A stretch of DNA of 64,000 nucleotides from Candidatus Marinacidobacterales bacterium (GCA_965219415.1 CBDCNP010000001.1:96001-160000); one strand, 5' to 3'. Shown: positions 42,203-53,951, numbered from the stretch's first letter. Notes: generated from the letters alone by a model not told the origin. A program made the numbers and translations.

Positions 42203-44678
42203 CTAGCTTTCGCTCTCCGTGCCTTCGTCCTTCGGGAACAGCGTCTGAAGCATCAGGTGCGTTCGGTTTCTCCAGCTCGACCAGCCAGACCCGTCGTGAA
42301 ACTCACCGCCGACGTAGGCATAGCCCTTTTGCTCTAGCACGTCCGCAAAAGCCAGGCCGTCACCTCTGGTGTCCCATCCTTCTTTCTCGCTCTTGGCGTC
42401 ATACTTGATCCAGTCGAGATAAATGGTGAGCGGTTGCCTCCCTGGACTAGACATCAGGGCGGAGTTCTGCTCCCGATAGCCCCTCTCCCAAACGATCGAT
42501 TGCAGTCCGAGCTTGCCGAACATCCCGGGATGCTTCACCGCGGTATAGAAACTCATAAAAGCGGTATGTTCGGTACCGACTAGCGCCCTCGAGCCGGCGC
42601 CGTCCGATACCGGGTAGCGCCCCTCGACCAGTGGAACGATCTCTTCGACCAGCATTCTCTCGTAGAGATCCTTCTGTGCGCCGGAGTAGGTTTGATAAAA
42701 AGTTCGAAAGTTGTAGCCACCGTCGTCCCGCTCGCCTGGAATCGGAATGAAAACGACGAGGATCGGCTCGATGCTATGGCCGCTCAAGTTGTCGAGGGTG
42801 TTCGTCAATCTGCCTAACTGGATCGCCTGGTTGCCGTTGTGTACGTAGGCCACGGGGTATTCCCTGTCGGGCTGGTAGCCGGGTGGCAAGTAGATCTTGA
42901 GGGGCAGGCCCATGTCCAGGTACCGGCTCTCGAGCGCAATCTCCTCGAGCCGGCCGCGCGATTCGGCAGGGGGCTCATCGAGATGGATCGGCGCGACCCA
43001 TTCGGGCATGGCCACATAGGACATCGTGTCTTCGTAAAAGACGAGGGTTTCCATAGGATTCCGCGGATCTTGCAAACGAGTATCGAAATCCTGAATGAAG
43101 CCGTAGTCGACGCGGGCGTCTGACTCCAAGCGCACCGAGTAGTAGAAGAAATCGGTTTCCTCGACCCGGTTCATCGGGCGATCCGTTCGCCCGCCGAACA
43201 GATCGCTAAAGAGTGCCATGTCCTCGCCCAATCCCCGGTAAACGAAGTGCACCATGTCGGTCCCTTCGACAATCGGGAACTGCCGTTGCGATGCCAGGAA
43301 CTCGTCGAGCAAAATCGTCTTTTGGTCGGAGGCCTCGACGCTGGCGATGAAACGCCCGAACTCCGATTCGGAGATGGCTCCTTGTTGCTCCCGGTCGAGG
43401 GTCATCCGTTCGTCCACCTCGACGACGTCGACGCGGGCCCATTCCCCCATGCTGCGAAGATAAAGGCTCTCATTGGCGAAGCTGGCCGGCGTCCACACTA
43501 GGTCGTCGAAAAGGTGAACGCGGGCAATCTCGTTGTATCCTTCGGGGGATGCCGGAGCCATGCTGAGGTCACCGTCCTTGGTGACGATCACCAGATGGCC
43601 ATCGAGCAGAATCGGGAAGCCGTCGCCCGGCGGCCGTGATTTCCAGACGAGCTCGCCCTCCTCTTCGCTGACCGCGCTCAGAATACGGCTGTTGTAGCCG
43701 TAGAAATAGCCCTCGTGATAGACAGGAACAACGTAGGTGTTCTTGATGTAGCGACTCTGCCAGACTTCCCTAGCGCCGGGCTGGTCTCCACCGTTCAACT
43801 CGAAGAGCTTCGAGCTTCCGTGGTGATTGTTGATGAAGACGTGGTCGCCGGAGCCTTTGACGATGTTGGTGCTCCGGCTGCCGATGTCCCTCGTGTCGCC
43901 GCCATGCTCCACCGTCCAGAGCAACTCGCCTGAGGCGGGATCGAGCCCGAGCATCTTTTCATTTCCGATACCCAGCAAGAGCGGCCGCCCTTCGACTGTC
44001 GTCAGTAACGGCGACTGGTAGTCGATCGAATCATGGCCCGCCGTCCAGCGCACATTACCGCTTGCGGCCTCGAACGCCGTGACCGCCCTACCCTTCGGTC
44101 CTCCAGTTTCAAGAATGACGGTGTCGCCGAACGGGATCGGCGCGGTCGCGAAGCCATAGAAGGGAACCACGGACTCCCGATCTTCGGGGCAGGTCTAAAG
44201 ACCACAGCTCCTGCCCGGTCGCAAAATCGAAAGAGAAGAATTGTCCCGAGGTATCCAGCACAAAGACGCGCCCGTCGGCGATCATAGGTGTGGAGATAGG
44301 GCCGTCCTGCGAGCCCCAGTGGCCGGGATAACGCGGCCCGAGTCTGGATCGCCACAGCTCTTCTCCGCTCTCGGCGTCGAAGGCGGCAACATAATCGGAG
44401 GTGGCGTCGGCAAACATGGTTACGGCGACACCATCCACCACTGAGATCCCGGAATAGCCAGAGCCGAGCGGCCTCTTCCAAACGACGTTCAACCGATAGT
44501 TCCCGCCGGGCTGCAGTTTCTTCGTTCGAGTGGCGGTCAAATCCATATTGACGCCCCGCCAGACGGGCCAGTCCCTTTCAGTATGTTGGGAGGAGGCTAG
44601 TGGCGAGAGCGCAAAGGCCAAAGCGAGCGAAGCCAGAATGGTTGTCCTTCGTCGAAGATAGCAAACGCGCCGTTTCAT
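42203..44678 (-). pseudogene. Secreted PQQ-repeat propeller fused to a Fes-like esterase domain; one frameshift near 44190
   Basis: WPVWRG and AFDAESGEELW repeats; IYLPPGY...YPV; ORFs 44109..44678 and 42203..44170. Confidence 0.8.
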
Positions 44679-44697
44679 CAGTACCTCCTTGAGGAGT

Positions 44698-44800
44698 GTG
44701 AAAATAGCTCCGCACAGGTTGAAGAGTCAAAGGGGTCGTCTGTCCCCGCACCATCCGTGTTTTGTCCGCGAACATGGAAAAAAACCCGACAACACAGACC
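44698..44800 (-). promoter_or_regulatory. Conserved cassette promoter copy 4 (44698-44730) plus family B arm module
   Basis: About 100 bp homologous to 33532-33625; 19 bp from an ATG with AGGAGG RBS; no tRNA core follows. Confidence 0.75.
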
Positions 44801-44844
44801 AAACCGGCTAAGGCTGAGGAGGAGCGCGGGATACTTTATCTCGT

Positions 44845-46236
44845 CTATCCCTCTTCTGCGATGCAGTAGAGGTATTGCTCCCCGCGCAAGAACAGCTCGC
44901 CGCTGGTGATTGCGGCCGAGGCGCTGAAGCTGTCGTCGAGAAGGTTGAGTGCGAGGGCCTTGGGGTTGTCGTCATGACTGAGCACTAGTGTCGCGCCATC
45001 CAAGTCGGTGATGTAAACGCGGCCGGCGGCGCCCACCGGCGAAGCATATACGTTGCCGATGCCGTCGAGCCGCAATGGGCCTGGGCGGTCTTCGCCGGTC
45101 TTTACACGCAGGCGTGTAAGGATTCCTTGGTAGTGATAAAGGAAGTACAACGCGTCTCCGTAGAGCAATGGCGACGGCACGTATGGAGTGCCTCTACTTC
45201 GCGTCCACACGACCCGGTTGGTTCCGGTGATGTCGCCCCTGGCGTCGTCGAGACGTATGGCCAGCAAGTTCCTCGTGTCGTAACTGCTGCCGGCATAGAC
45301 CATGCCGGCCGCGGCCACCGGCGAGGCAACGATGTTGGCCGACAGCCCGGCGCATTCCCAGATAACCCTACCGGTGTCAAGCTCGTAGCCACGCACACGC
45401 TTCGTGCCGCTGATGATGACCTGGTGCTTCCCGCCGTGCTCGACCACAACCGGCGTCGCCCACGACGTGGGCTCGTCACGCTCAACCTTCCAACGCTGTT
45501 TGCCGGTTCGCTTGTCAAACGCAACCACAAACGACTGCCCTTCGTGATCCCAGTTGATGATCAGAGTATCGCCGTGAAGCACGGGCGAGCCGCCCTCGCC
45601 ATGCCCGTGCTTGGTCTGCATGTCGCCCAGGTCAGTCTCCCATAGCAACTCACCGTCCAAATCGAGGCTGTAAAGGCCGTAGGAGCCGAAGAAGGCAAAC
45701 AAGTGTTCACCGTCAACGACCGGAGAGTTCGACGCAAAGCTTCCCGTGTAGTGAATGCCTTCATTGGGTATGAGCTCGCGAACCGTCCTTTGCCAAACGA
45801 TCTTGCCGTCGAGGCGGTTGACGGCAAGCACGGCGAATGATTGGCGCCGCACCACCGGTAGACCGTCGTGCGCACCGGGGCGGCGGCCAGCCGGCGGGGG
45901 GACTTGCCTTCCTGAAGGAATGGCAGCGGTCAGGAAAATGCGATCGCCCCAGACGACCGGCGTCGAATGCCCTTTGCCAGGAAGCGCGAGCTTCCAACGG
46001 ATGTTCTTGTCCTCGCTCCACTCCAACGGCGGGTCGGCGCGCGGCGCGACGCCGGTACCCAGGGGCCCGCGCCACTGCGGCCAGTAGTGATCGGGGTCGG
46101 CACCGCTCTGACTGGGTGCGGCCCTTTTTTGTTGGGCTATTTCCTGCGGGCTCTCCGGCCGCTCTCTCGAACCGAAGACGCCCGCGATGCTCATCGCCGC
46201 AAGCGTCCCGCCCACGGACAGGAGAAGCCATCTCAT
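44845..46236 (-). CDS. PQQ-repeat (BamB-like) beta-propeller protein
   Basis: WPQWRGP, STPVVWGDRIFL, AFDKRTGKQRW. Confidence 0.88.
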   Translation of the reverse strand: MRWLLLSVGGTLAAMSIAGVFGSRERPESPQEIAQQKRAAPSQSGADPDHYWPQWRGPLGTGVAPRADPPLEWSEDKNIRWKLALPGKGHSTPVVWGDRIFLTAAIPSGRQVPPPAGRRPGAHDGLPVVRRQSFAVLAVNRLDGKIVWQRTVRELIPNEGIHYTGSFASNSPVVDGEHLFAFFGSYGLYSLDLDGELLWETDLGDMQTKHGHGEGGSPVLHGDTLIINWDHEGQSFVVAFDKRTGKQRWKVERDEPTSWATPVVVEHGGKHQVIISGTKRVRGYELDTGRVIWECAGLSANIVASPVAAAGMVYAGSSYDTRNLLAIRLDDARGDITGTNRVVWTRSRGTPYVPSPLLYGDALYFLYHYQGILTRLRVKTGEDRPGPLRLDGIGNVYASPVGAAGRVYITDLDGATLVLSHDDNPKALALNLLDDSFSASAAITSGELFLRGEQYLYCIAEEG

Positions 46237-46289
46237 TGCACACCGAGAAACCGCGCCGGATTGGTCTTGCTTTGCCGCGTGCGAACTAC

Positions 46290-47040
46290 GAGACCTTCGT
46301 GCCCTCGGATCCGAACCGCAATGGTGCGCCACGTACCATCGAGAACCTCGTTCTTTGGTGTGTAGGCAACGCGATAGCTCGTGTGGAGCTCCTGCCCGAT
46401 GGCGGCGAAGCTTCGGTGGAGGTGGTCGACGTTGACGGGGTAGAAGGCGCGACCGCCGCTCTCACTCGCAAGTTGGGTGAGAAAGTTCCGGTTGACGCCT
46501 CGCCCTTCGCCGATGAAACCGACGGTGTAGATCGTCACCTCGGACATCTTCCCCGCTTCGACCACGTCACTCGCAGACCTCTTGCTACCGCCGTCCATAG
46601 GTCTCGAATCACTGCCATCCGTAAACACCAGGAGTGCTTTTCGTCCGTCGATCCTCGCAAGCCTATCGAGAGAATGCAAAATTGCGTCGTACAGGGCTGT
46701 CGATCCTCGAGCGTGGAGAGAGCGAATCGCCTTCAAGAGAGGATCATGGAAAGCTGTGAAATGCGTACTTTTGAGGATCGTATCGCTGAAGATCACGACC
46801 GCTGCCTCGTCCCGCGAGCTCATCTCGCGAACCAAGTTCGACGAAGCCTTCTTGATCGCACCTTCGCTGCCCGTAATACTCGTCGAGGCATCGAGAAGCA
46901 AGACAAGGGTAACCGGAGTTAATTCGTCTGAGGAGAAGAGGCTCACCTCCTGGCGCACACCGTCCTCCAAGATCTCGAAATCGTCGGCGGTCAACCCAGG
47001 AAGAAAGAGCTGACTCGGGCCGGTCACGACCACCTCAAGT
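46290..47040 (-). pseudogene. VWA domain protein fragment
   Basis: DDFEILEDGVRQ, DASTS MIDAS, TALYDA, FTDGSD; N-terminus missing. Confidence 0.8.
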
Positions 47041-47457
47041 AAACCGAACTGACGTTGGTCTTGAACCGGGGCGTGGGCCTACTTTGGCCTTGGAAGTTCT
47101 GCGGCGGCAGAAACGCGAGAGCGTGCGCAGACGCCGAGACAATGAGAAGAGCTATCGCGTTAACGGTACTGGTCATGGCGCTCGCCTACCATTTTCACCC
47201 GGCCATCATGGCCTGCAATGAGGCCGCGGCAAAGGAGAAGGTGTTGGCTGACCTAGGCCAGGACGGGCTCATCCGTGTAATCCCAGGTTCGAAGCGTCCC
47301 GGGCTCGAGCCGGATCACTTCCAGGTCGACGCCCTTGTACGCATATCCTCCATGGAAAGCGCCAGTGTACTAGATCCGGCGCCGACACCGACAACAGAAG
47401 AGGCGGGTTGCACGGTGCAAGTGCGTCGTGCTAGATACCGCTAACAGAGAGGTAAGT

Positions 47458-48918
47458 ATGAAAGAGAAACGGAGAGTCCACGTGGGGGTCTTATACCTGT
47501 TTCTGCTGGTCGGCCTTCTTGCTCAGTTTCAAACCACAGCACAGGCTCAGGAATGGGAAGCTGAATCTTCAGTCGATGAAGAGATAGATATGAAGGAATG
47601 GAATAATCGGATTCGCCGAGACAAGTTCGATCTCCTTCTGCCACAAATCATGAGGGAGCGCGATATCGACATGTGGATCCATGTGATGAGACTAGCCATT
47701 CCTGATTCTTTTGGTGCAGAAGAATTGGGCGGCACCTCCGGCTTTTTCGTCTTTACCGACCGTGGCGGTGACAGGATCGAACGCGCGATTCTCGGACGTC
47801 GCTGGGGAGATACGCAGCGTGAACGGGGAGAGCGGGAGACCTTGGTTGAAGAAAGTGGGGCCTACGACATCATTGGCGAGCCCGTCCGTGTGCAGGAACC
47901 GGTGGGAGGTCCGATGACCGAGTATGACCATCGATTCGAGGGCCTGAGAGAATTCGTAGAAGCACGTGACCCCCAGCGCATTGCGATAAATTTCAGGCAT
48001 GATCTGGGACCGTGGGAGACCTACACCGACTTTGGGGGCGCGAAAGACGGTTTGTCGCATACAGACTACGTCCTATTGACCGAGGAGCTCGGTGACAAAT
48101 ATGCGGACAGGCTGGTTTCGTCTGAGTATCTGATGATGGACTACATTATTAGAAAGGTCCCGAGCGAAATTGAGCTACTAAGGAAGATGCGTAAGCACAG
48201 AGTTGAAAGGGTCAAGAAAGCCTTTGCTGAAGTCGTGCCGGGGGTTACTAAGAGTCGCGAGGCCAGAATAACTGTCTTTCGCCGGATGCGCCCAGGACAG
48301 TCACAAAGAGGAAGGAGCAGAGGCTGGGAAGGCAGTGTGGTCCAGGGAGGCGACATCCTTGCCGCACCAGGCGTGGGAATGTACGCCTACGTGCTCCGTG
48401 AGGGAGAGACCGAACCGCCTCCAGACATCCAAAGGCTCTGGGCAGAGTATCTGAAGATCGACGAGATTCTGGCAGATACTATCAGGGCGGGGCTTACCGC
48501 TCGTGAGATCATTCAAAACTACACGCGGAAATTCGAGGAGGAGGGGATTATTCTACGGGACAACCAATTGCATATGATTCAGCCAAAGAACGATTTCTCT
48601 GCCTACTCCAAAGGATTTGATCCTGAAAAAACACACCTTAGTGTCGACGCTCATGGCATGATGAAAGGAGCGCGAGAAAGGGACGACGAGAATTATCTTG
48701 GTCCCAGGATCGGCTCTCTTGGTCCGGATTGGACGAAAGACATACCACTCCCACCCAATCACCACTTTGTTTTGGAGTATTTTTTCTATATGCCGTCGTC
48801 TTCCAGCGAAGGCGAAGACCAATATCTACTCTGGTGGGATCATGAGTCGGTGATTGCCACCGAAAGTGGAGTCGAGTATTTTTTTGCACCGCAAAAGGAG
48901 CTTTATCTGGTTCACTAA
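47458..48918 (+). CDS. Secreted M24 (Xaa-Pro peptidase)-like protein
   Basis: Signal peptide; RRDKFDLLLPQIMRE..IDMW; C-terminal VIATESGVE. Confidence 0.7.
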   Translation: MKEKRRVHVGVLYLFLLVGLLAQFQTTAQAQEWEAESSVDEEIDMKEWNNRIRRDKFDLLLPQIMRERDIDMWIHVMRLAIPDSFGAEELGGTSGFFVFTDRGGDRIERAILGRRWGDTQRERGERETLVEESGAYDIIGEPVRVQEPVGGPMTEYDHRFEGLREFVEARDPQRIAINFRHDLGPWETYTDFGGAKDGLSHTDYVLLTEELGDKYADRLVSSEYLMMDYIIRKVPSEIELLRKMRKHRVERVKKAFAEVVPGVTKSREARITVFRRMRPGQSQRGRSRGWEGSVVQGGDILAAPGVGMYAYVLREGETEPPPDIQRLWAEYLKIDEILADTIRAGLTAREIIQNYTRKFEEEGIILRDNQLHMIQPKNDFSAYSKGFDPEKTHLSVDAHGMMKGARERDDENYLGPRIGSLGPDWTKDIPLPPNHHFVLEYFFYMPSSSSEGEDQYLLWWDHESVIATESGVEYFFAPQKELYLVH

Positions 48919-48931
48919 TGGTTCGCAAAGA

Positions 48932-50354
48932 TTAGCGAATCAACAGGATTCTTTGGTCGTGCGGGTACAGAAGCTCGACTCCGTTTGCGGTGACGATCGC
49001 GTTGTCCTCGAAGCCGAGCCGCAGTCGGACCCCGCCGAACGACGGCAGCGCGGTGTGAGTGAAGTACTCGAAGGCGAATAGGTTATTGGGCTGGACGGTG
49101 AGGTGGGCGCGTCCCGGCCGGAACGGGGCGATTCCGGGCCCAACCGCGACGTCACCACTTCCGGTGTTGCCGAGGGTGTGCAAATCCATCGACACACCGG
49201 TGACGTTGGGTTCATCGAACTCGGCGATCATTTGCCGGTCGATCGACCCGATGTCGGTGAACGGTGTGTAGGCGAAGCCCGCCGCTTCCAACGCGCCCGC
49301 CATCGCCTCGAGCGATTCCGCGGCGGTGTCTCCGGCGCGGACGCTGCGCCGCATGACCTCGCCGGCGCGCAGGCCCTCGCTCCAAGCGTGCTAGATATCC
49401 GCCGGAACTGAAGTCTCCCCCTCGCGCAGGATATAAGCGGTGCGCTTCAAGTCGGTGGCAAAGTTCAGGTATTTCACGCCCAAGTCGAAGTAGATGAGAT
49501 CACCACGCTGGAACGCGTATTGGTCCGACCGATACTCGGCCGGTTCGGCCACCGCCGAGTGGATCACCGACGGCTTGCTGGCTGAGCCGCCGGGTTGATT
49601 GTCGAAGGAGTAGTCGAGGCTCTGCTCCAGCAGCTGGTCCTTCGCCCACCAACCGACGTCCTCTCTGGTGGTAGCTCCCGGCGTGATCACTTCGCCCGAC
49701 AAGGCGCGCTCAAGAATCCGGCGAGTCATCTCGCCGGCGTCCGCGAATGCAACAATTTCACTCTGAACACGCCGGACACGGAAGTCGGTGATGACCTTCT
49801 CGCTCGACACGAGGCGGGAGGCGTAACGCTGGCCGAGCCGGTCGACGAGCAGCTCATGGCCAGAGTAGGAGAGACCGTCAGCGGCGGGTAGCCACGCCGA
49901 AGTGTTCACGGCGATCACCTCCGGGTCGCGCTCCTGCACGAACCGACGTAGATCTGTGCTGGCGCCGAAGAAATCGTAGGGGTCGCCGTCGCTGGCGCGA
50001 ATTCCCTTGTCGTGTCCGCCGAGCACGGCGCGCTCGATCCTATCGCCACCCCGATCGGTGAAGATGAAATAGGAGGTGGTGCCACGCAGGTCGAGTGGTG
50101 TGCCCAAGTCGAGCGCCAGAGGGTCCGGGTTGCCATCGCGGATGACATGTACCCACATGTCGACGCCGTTGTCGCGCATGGCGCCCGGCAAAACGAGATC
50201 GAACTTTTCGCGCTGGATCAGCTCGAGCAGCTCGGCTCGAGCACGGGCCTCCTGGGCCCTGGCGTCGACTCCCACCAGAGCGGCGGTGATAGAGGCGAGT
50301 GCGAGGATTGAGCCCCTCTCCCAAAGCGAGAGGGAATAAAGGAAAAGAAGCCAT
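48932..50354 (-). pseudogene. M24-like paralog, frameshifted
   Basis: QREKFDLVLPGAMRDNGVDMW, DLG...TDLKRTAY, FEDNAIVT; frame breaks near 49390 and 50290. Confidence 0.75.
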
Positions 50355-50400
50355 CAGTCCACCCTCACCCTACCCTCTCCCAGAGGGAAAGGGATAAAAG
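50313..50400. repeat. Two REP-like CCCTCTCCC...AGGG units
   Basis: Same family as 24841-24885 and, for the unit at 50361, the same position relative to the promoter. Confidence 0.65.
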
Positions 50401-50420
50401 AAGGAAGCCAAAGTCATTCG

Positions 50421-50453
50421 GTGAAAATAGCCTTGCACTGGTTGACAAGTCAA
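50421..50453 (-). promoter_or_regulatory. Conserved cassette promoter, copy 5
   Basis: GTGAAAATAGCCTTGCACTGGTTGACAAGTCAA. Confidence 0.7.
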
Positions 50454-50619
50454 AGAGGAGAACGCGTCGCAAGTCCTCGAGCACGCCGCGAGCGCTCCCC
50501 TTTCTAACTCGGATATGCTATCTTGCGCTCCCGGAGGATTGAAGAACGCAGCCAGCGCCTGCGGCCCGTGCGAGGCGCGACCCTCACCCATCGAACGACA
50601 GCTCGAAATCCCGTTTGAT

Positions 50620-52261
50620 ATGCCGAAACCCGTTCTGCTCACCGTAGACGACGATGCCGATGTCCTGAGCGCGATCGTTCGAGATCTGCGCAAGTGGTAC
50701 GGTCGCGACTATCGCATCCTGCGTACCGACTCCGGGCTCGCGGCCCTCACCCTTCTTCATGAACTGAAAGACCGGAGCGATCCGGTTGCGCTGGTACTCT
50801 CCGATCAACGGATGCCCGAGATGGATGGGGTGACCCTGCTCTCCGAAGCCATGACGCTCCACCCGAGAAGCAAGCGGGCGTTGCTCACAGCCTACGCGGA
50901 CACGGAGGCGGCCATCGGGGCGATCAACAAATCACAGGTCGATTACTACATTCTGAAGCCGTGGGATCCCCCCGAAGAGAAGCTGTATCCGGTGCTGGAC
51001 GACCTGCTCGATGACTGGCGCTCATCGTTTCGCCCGGGGTACGGTGGCGTTCGCATCGTCGGCGATCGTTGGTCGGCCCGGTGCTACCGCCTTCGCGACT
51101 TTTTGGCTCGCAATCAGGTCCCGTACCAATTTCTCGACGTGGAGTCTTCCGACGAGGCACGGGCGCTGGCGGCTGACATCGAACCGTCCCAATTGCCGCT
51201 AGTCCTTCTTCCCGGCGGTGCACGCTTGATGGCGCCGGAGCTTGCCGACGTGGCTGAAGGGATCGGGTTCACGGCCAAGGCCAAGGAGCGCTTCTACGAC
51301 CTGGCGATCGTCGGGGCGGGCCCCGTCGGGCTGGCGGCCGCCGTGTACGGCGGCTCGGAGGGACTGCGCACGGTCCTCATCGAACGGGAAGCACCAGGGG
51401 GGCAGGCCGGCACCAGCAGCAGGATCGAGAATTACCTCGGGTTTCTCGGGTGGCGATCTCGCGCGGCGCGCGGTGGCCCAGGCACGCAAGTTCGGGGTGG
51501 AGATCCTGACGCCGCAGGGGGCAACGGCGCTGCGAGTGGACGGACCGTATAAGCATCTGCGGCTGTCGGATGGGTCCGAGATTTCCTGCCACGTGCTGAT
51601 GCTGGCCATGGGCGTATCCTGGAACCGACTTCCCGCGTCCGGCGCGGACCGGTTGACCGGATCGGGGATCTACTACGGCGCGGCCGCCACGGAGGCTATG
51701 CACGCGAAGGATCAGACGGTCTACATGGTGGGTGGCGGGAACTCTGCAGGCCAGGCCGCGATCTACTTCAAGGATTTTGCCAGCAAGGTCGTCATGATCG
51801 TTCGCGGAGACTCGCTGCACGCCAAGATGTCGCACTACCTCGTGAGTCGCATCGAGTCCACCGACAACATCGAGGTGCGACTGAACACGGAGATTCGAGC
51901 CTGCCAAGGAAGTGAACGCCTGGCAGCGCTCGAATTGTGCGAGACCCGAAACGACCGCACCGATGTCGTGCCGGCTACTTATCTGTTCGTGTTTCTCGGC
52001 GCCGCCCCGCGAACCGACTGGCTCAGAGACATCGTGGCGTGCGATACACGCGGATTTATTCTGACCGGTCCCGAACTGGATCCGAAAACGCACATGAGCG
52101 ACTGGCCGCTGGAACGGCCGCCTTTCTTGCTAGAGACGAATGTCCCCGGGATCTTCGCCTCTGGTGACGCACGACGTGCGTCGGTCAAGAGGGTCGCGTC
52201 AGCGGTGGGGGAAGGATCGGTCGCGGTGTACTTCATGCATCAGGTGCTGGCCGCACGCTGA
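50620..52261 (+). pseudogene. Response regulator-thioredoxin reductase-like fusion, frameshifted near 51445
   Basis: REC (VDDD, SDQRMP, KPW); [37 protein letters not shown]. Confidence 0.88.
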
Positions 52262-52295
52262 GGCCTGGTCGTCTCGTGCCCTCCCGAAAGCAACG

Positions 52296-53447
52296 ATGAA
52301 GTTTACAGCCGACGAGCTGCGCGCGATCACCATCCTCGAGGGCCTGCCCGACAGACAGATCGCATGGTTCAGCGATCACGGAGAGAAGATCGACCTCGCC
52401 CCTGGCGATCGAATGTTCGAGCGCGGCCAGCCCTCCGACTTCATGTTCATCATCGTCAAGGGCACTATCCAGCGATACGAGGAGATCGGGGGAGCAGTGG
52501 TTGCTCGCGGCCACGACCCAGCAAGGCGAGGCAACGGGGGTGCTGCCCTATTCGCGCATGACTCAGTATCCGGGCTACACCGTGGCCGCCGAGGCCTCGC
52601 AGGTCCTCCGCGTCAAGAAGAGCGATTTCCAAGAAATGCTCGTGGTGAGCCCGGAGGTCGGCCGACGGCTGGTCGGCGTAATGTCGGACCGGGTTCGCGG
52701 TGACGTCTCGATGCGGAGCTCGCCGCCGTCATTCATGGCGTCGAGGGCGTTGTCAATGAGGTTGGTCCACACCTGGTTGAGCTCACCGGCATTCGCGGGG
52801 ATCGCCGGCAGGTCTTGTTGGTAATCGCGCGTCAGCCGGGCGTTCTTCTTCTTGAGCTTGTGGCTCAGCATGATGAGCGTCTTGTCCACACCCTCCCGAA
52901 CGTCAATGGGCTTGTGCTCGGAGGAGCGGTCCATGTGCGAATACGTTTTGACCGAGGCGATCAGCTCCGAGATGCGTGCGGCCGAGGACGCGATTTCTGC
53001 GACCATGCGATCCGCACCGAGGCCACCCGCGACCCAGGCGAGCGCCTCGGCGACGACGGAGGCGGGAGTCTGTCCCTCGAACTGGTCCAGATCGTCGATG
53101 CCCAACCCGGCGTCGACGAATGTCCCGGCGATCTCCCAGGCGTCCGCGACGCCATGATCTTCCAGCCAGCCGCCGAGCTCCTCTTCGCGTTCGGCGCGCG
53201 CGAGGGGTGAGAGGTCGGCGGGATGGTGCTCGCGAACCAGACGCTGAAGACGATCGATGGCCTGGACGGCCGTCTCGTCCATGCGGTGTCGAATCATTCC
53301 CAGGACGAGCGGCGACAATTTCGCGAGCTGCTCCGACACGCTCGCGGCGGCGCGGCCCACGGCCGCCGCAGGGTTGTTCAGTTCGTGTGCCAACCCGGCG
53401 GAAAGCCGCCCCAGGGCTGCCATCCGTTCCCGTTGCTGCTCGAGACG
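52296..53447 (+). pseudogene. cNMP-binding histidine kinase; frameshifted, kinase half inverted and truncated
   Basis: cNMP domain on + up to about 52709; HisKA (AHELNNP) and NQVWTNLIDNA on - at 52704-53447. Confidence 0.88.
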
Positions 53448-53453
53448 GAGAAG

Positions 53454-53951
53454 TTAAGTCCCAGCCGCGACTAACATCGCCTCGATCCTCTCCTCCGAGT
53501 AGCTCAAGAGCCGGCCCATTTCCCTCGCAATGTTCAGGCGCGCCTCTCCTTCATACTTCCCGTCGGCAATGAGCTTTTCTGTTTCCGCCTTCAGCGCCAT
53601 GTATTCCTCTTTGACCGGATCCTGGTAGATGAGAAGCACGTGCTTTCCTTCCGTAACGGACGCGGGAAAAAGGTCGGTTACCAAGAAATCGGTCTCGCGA
53701 TGGAGCTTAACGCGGTTCCGAGCGGCGATTTTCGTCGCCTCATCCATCAAGGCGTCCATCTCTTGAGACGTCATGGGGGAGCTCAAGGCCAGCTTCTTGA
53801 CGCCCCCGCCGACGACCTCGGAAAAGGCCCCGATTCCACCCAATCGATAGGACCGCTTGTCGATTCCATCAGATTCACCCTGGTGCTGGGGCGCCGTCAG
53901 ACGCACGAACCCGAGAACGAGGAACGGCACTAGCAAAGTTATCGTCTTCAT
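53454..53951 (-). CDS. Hypothetical secreted protein
   Basis: GGAGG RBS; signal peptide. Confidence 0.7.
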   Translation of the reverse strand: MKTITLLVPFLVLGFVRLTAPQHQGESDGIDKRSYRLGGIGAFSEVVGGGVKKLALSSPMTSQEMDALMDEATKIAARNRVKLHRETDFLVTDLFPASVTEGKHVLLIYQDPVKEEYMALKAETEKLIADGKYEGEARLNIAREMGRLLSYSEERIEAMLVAAGT

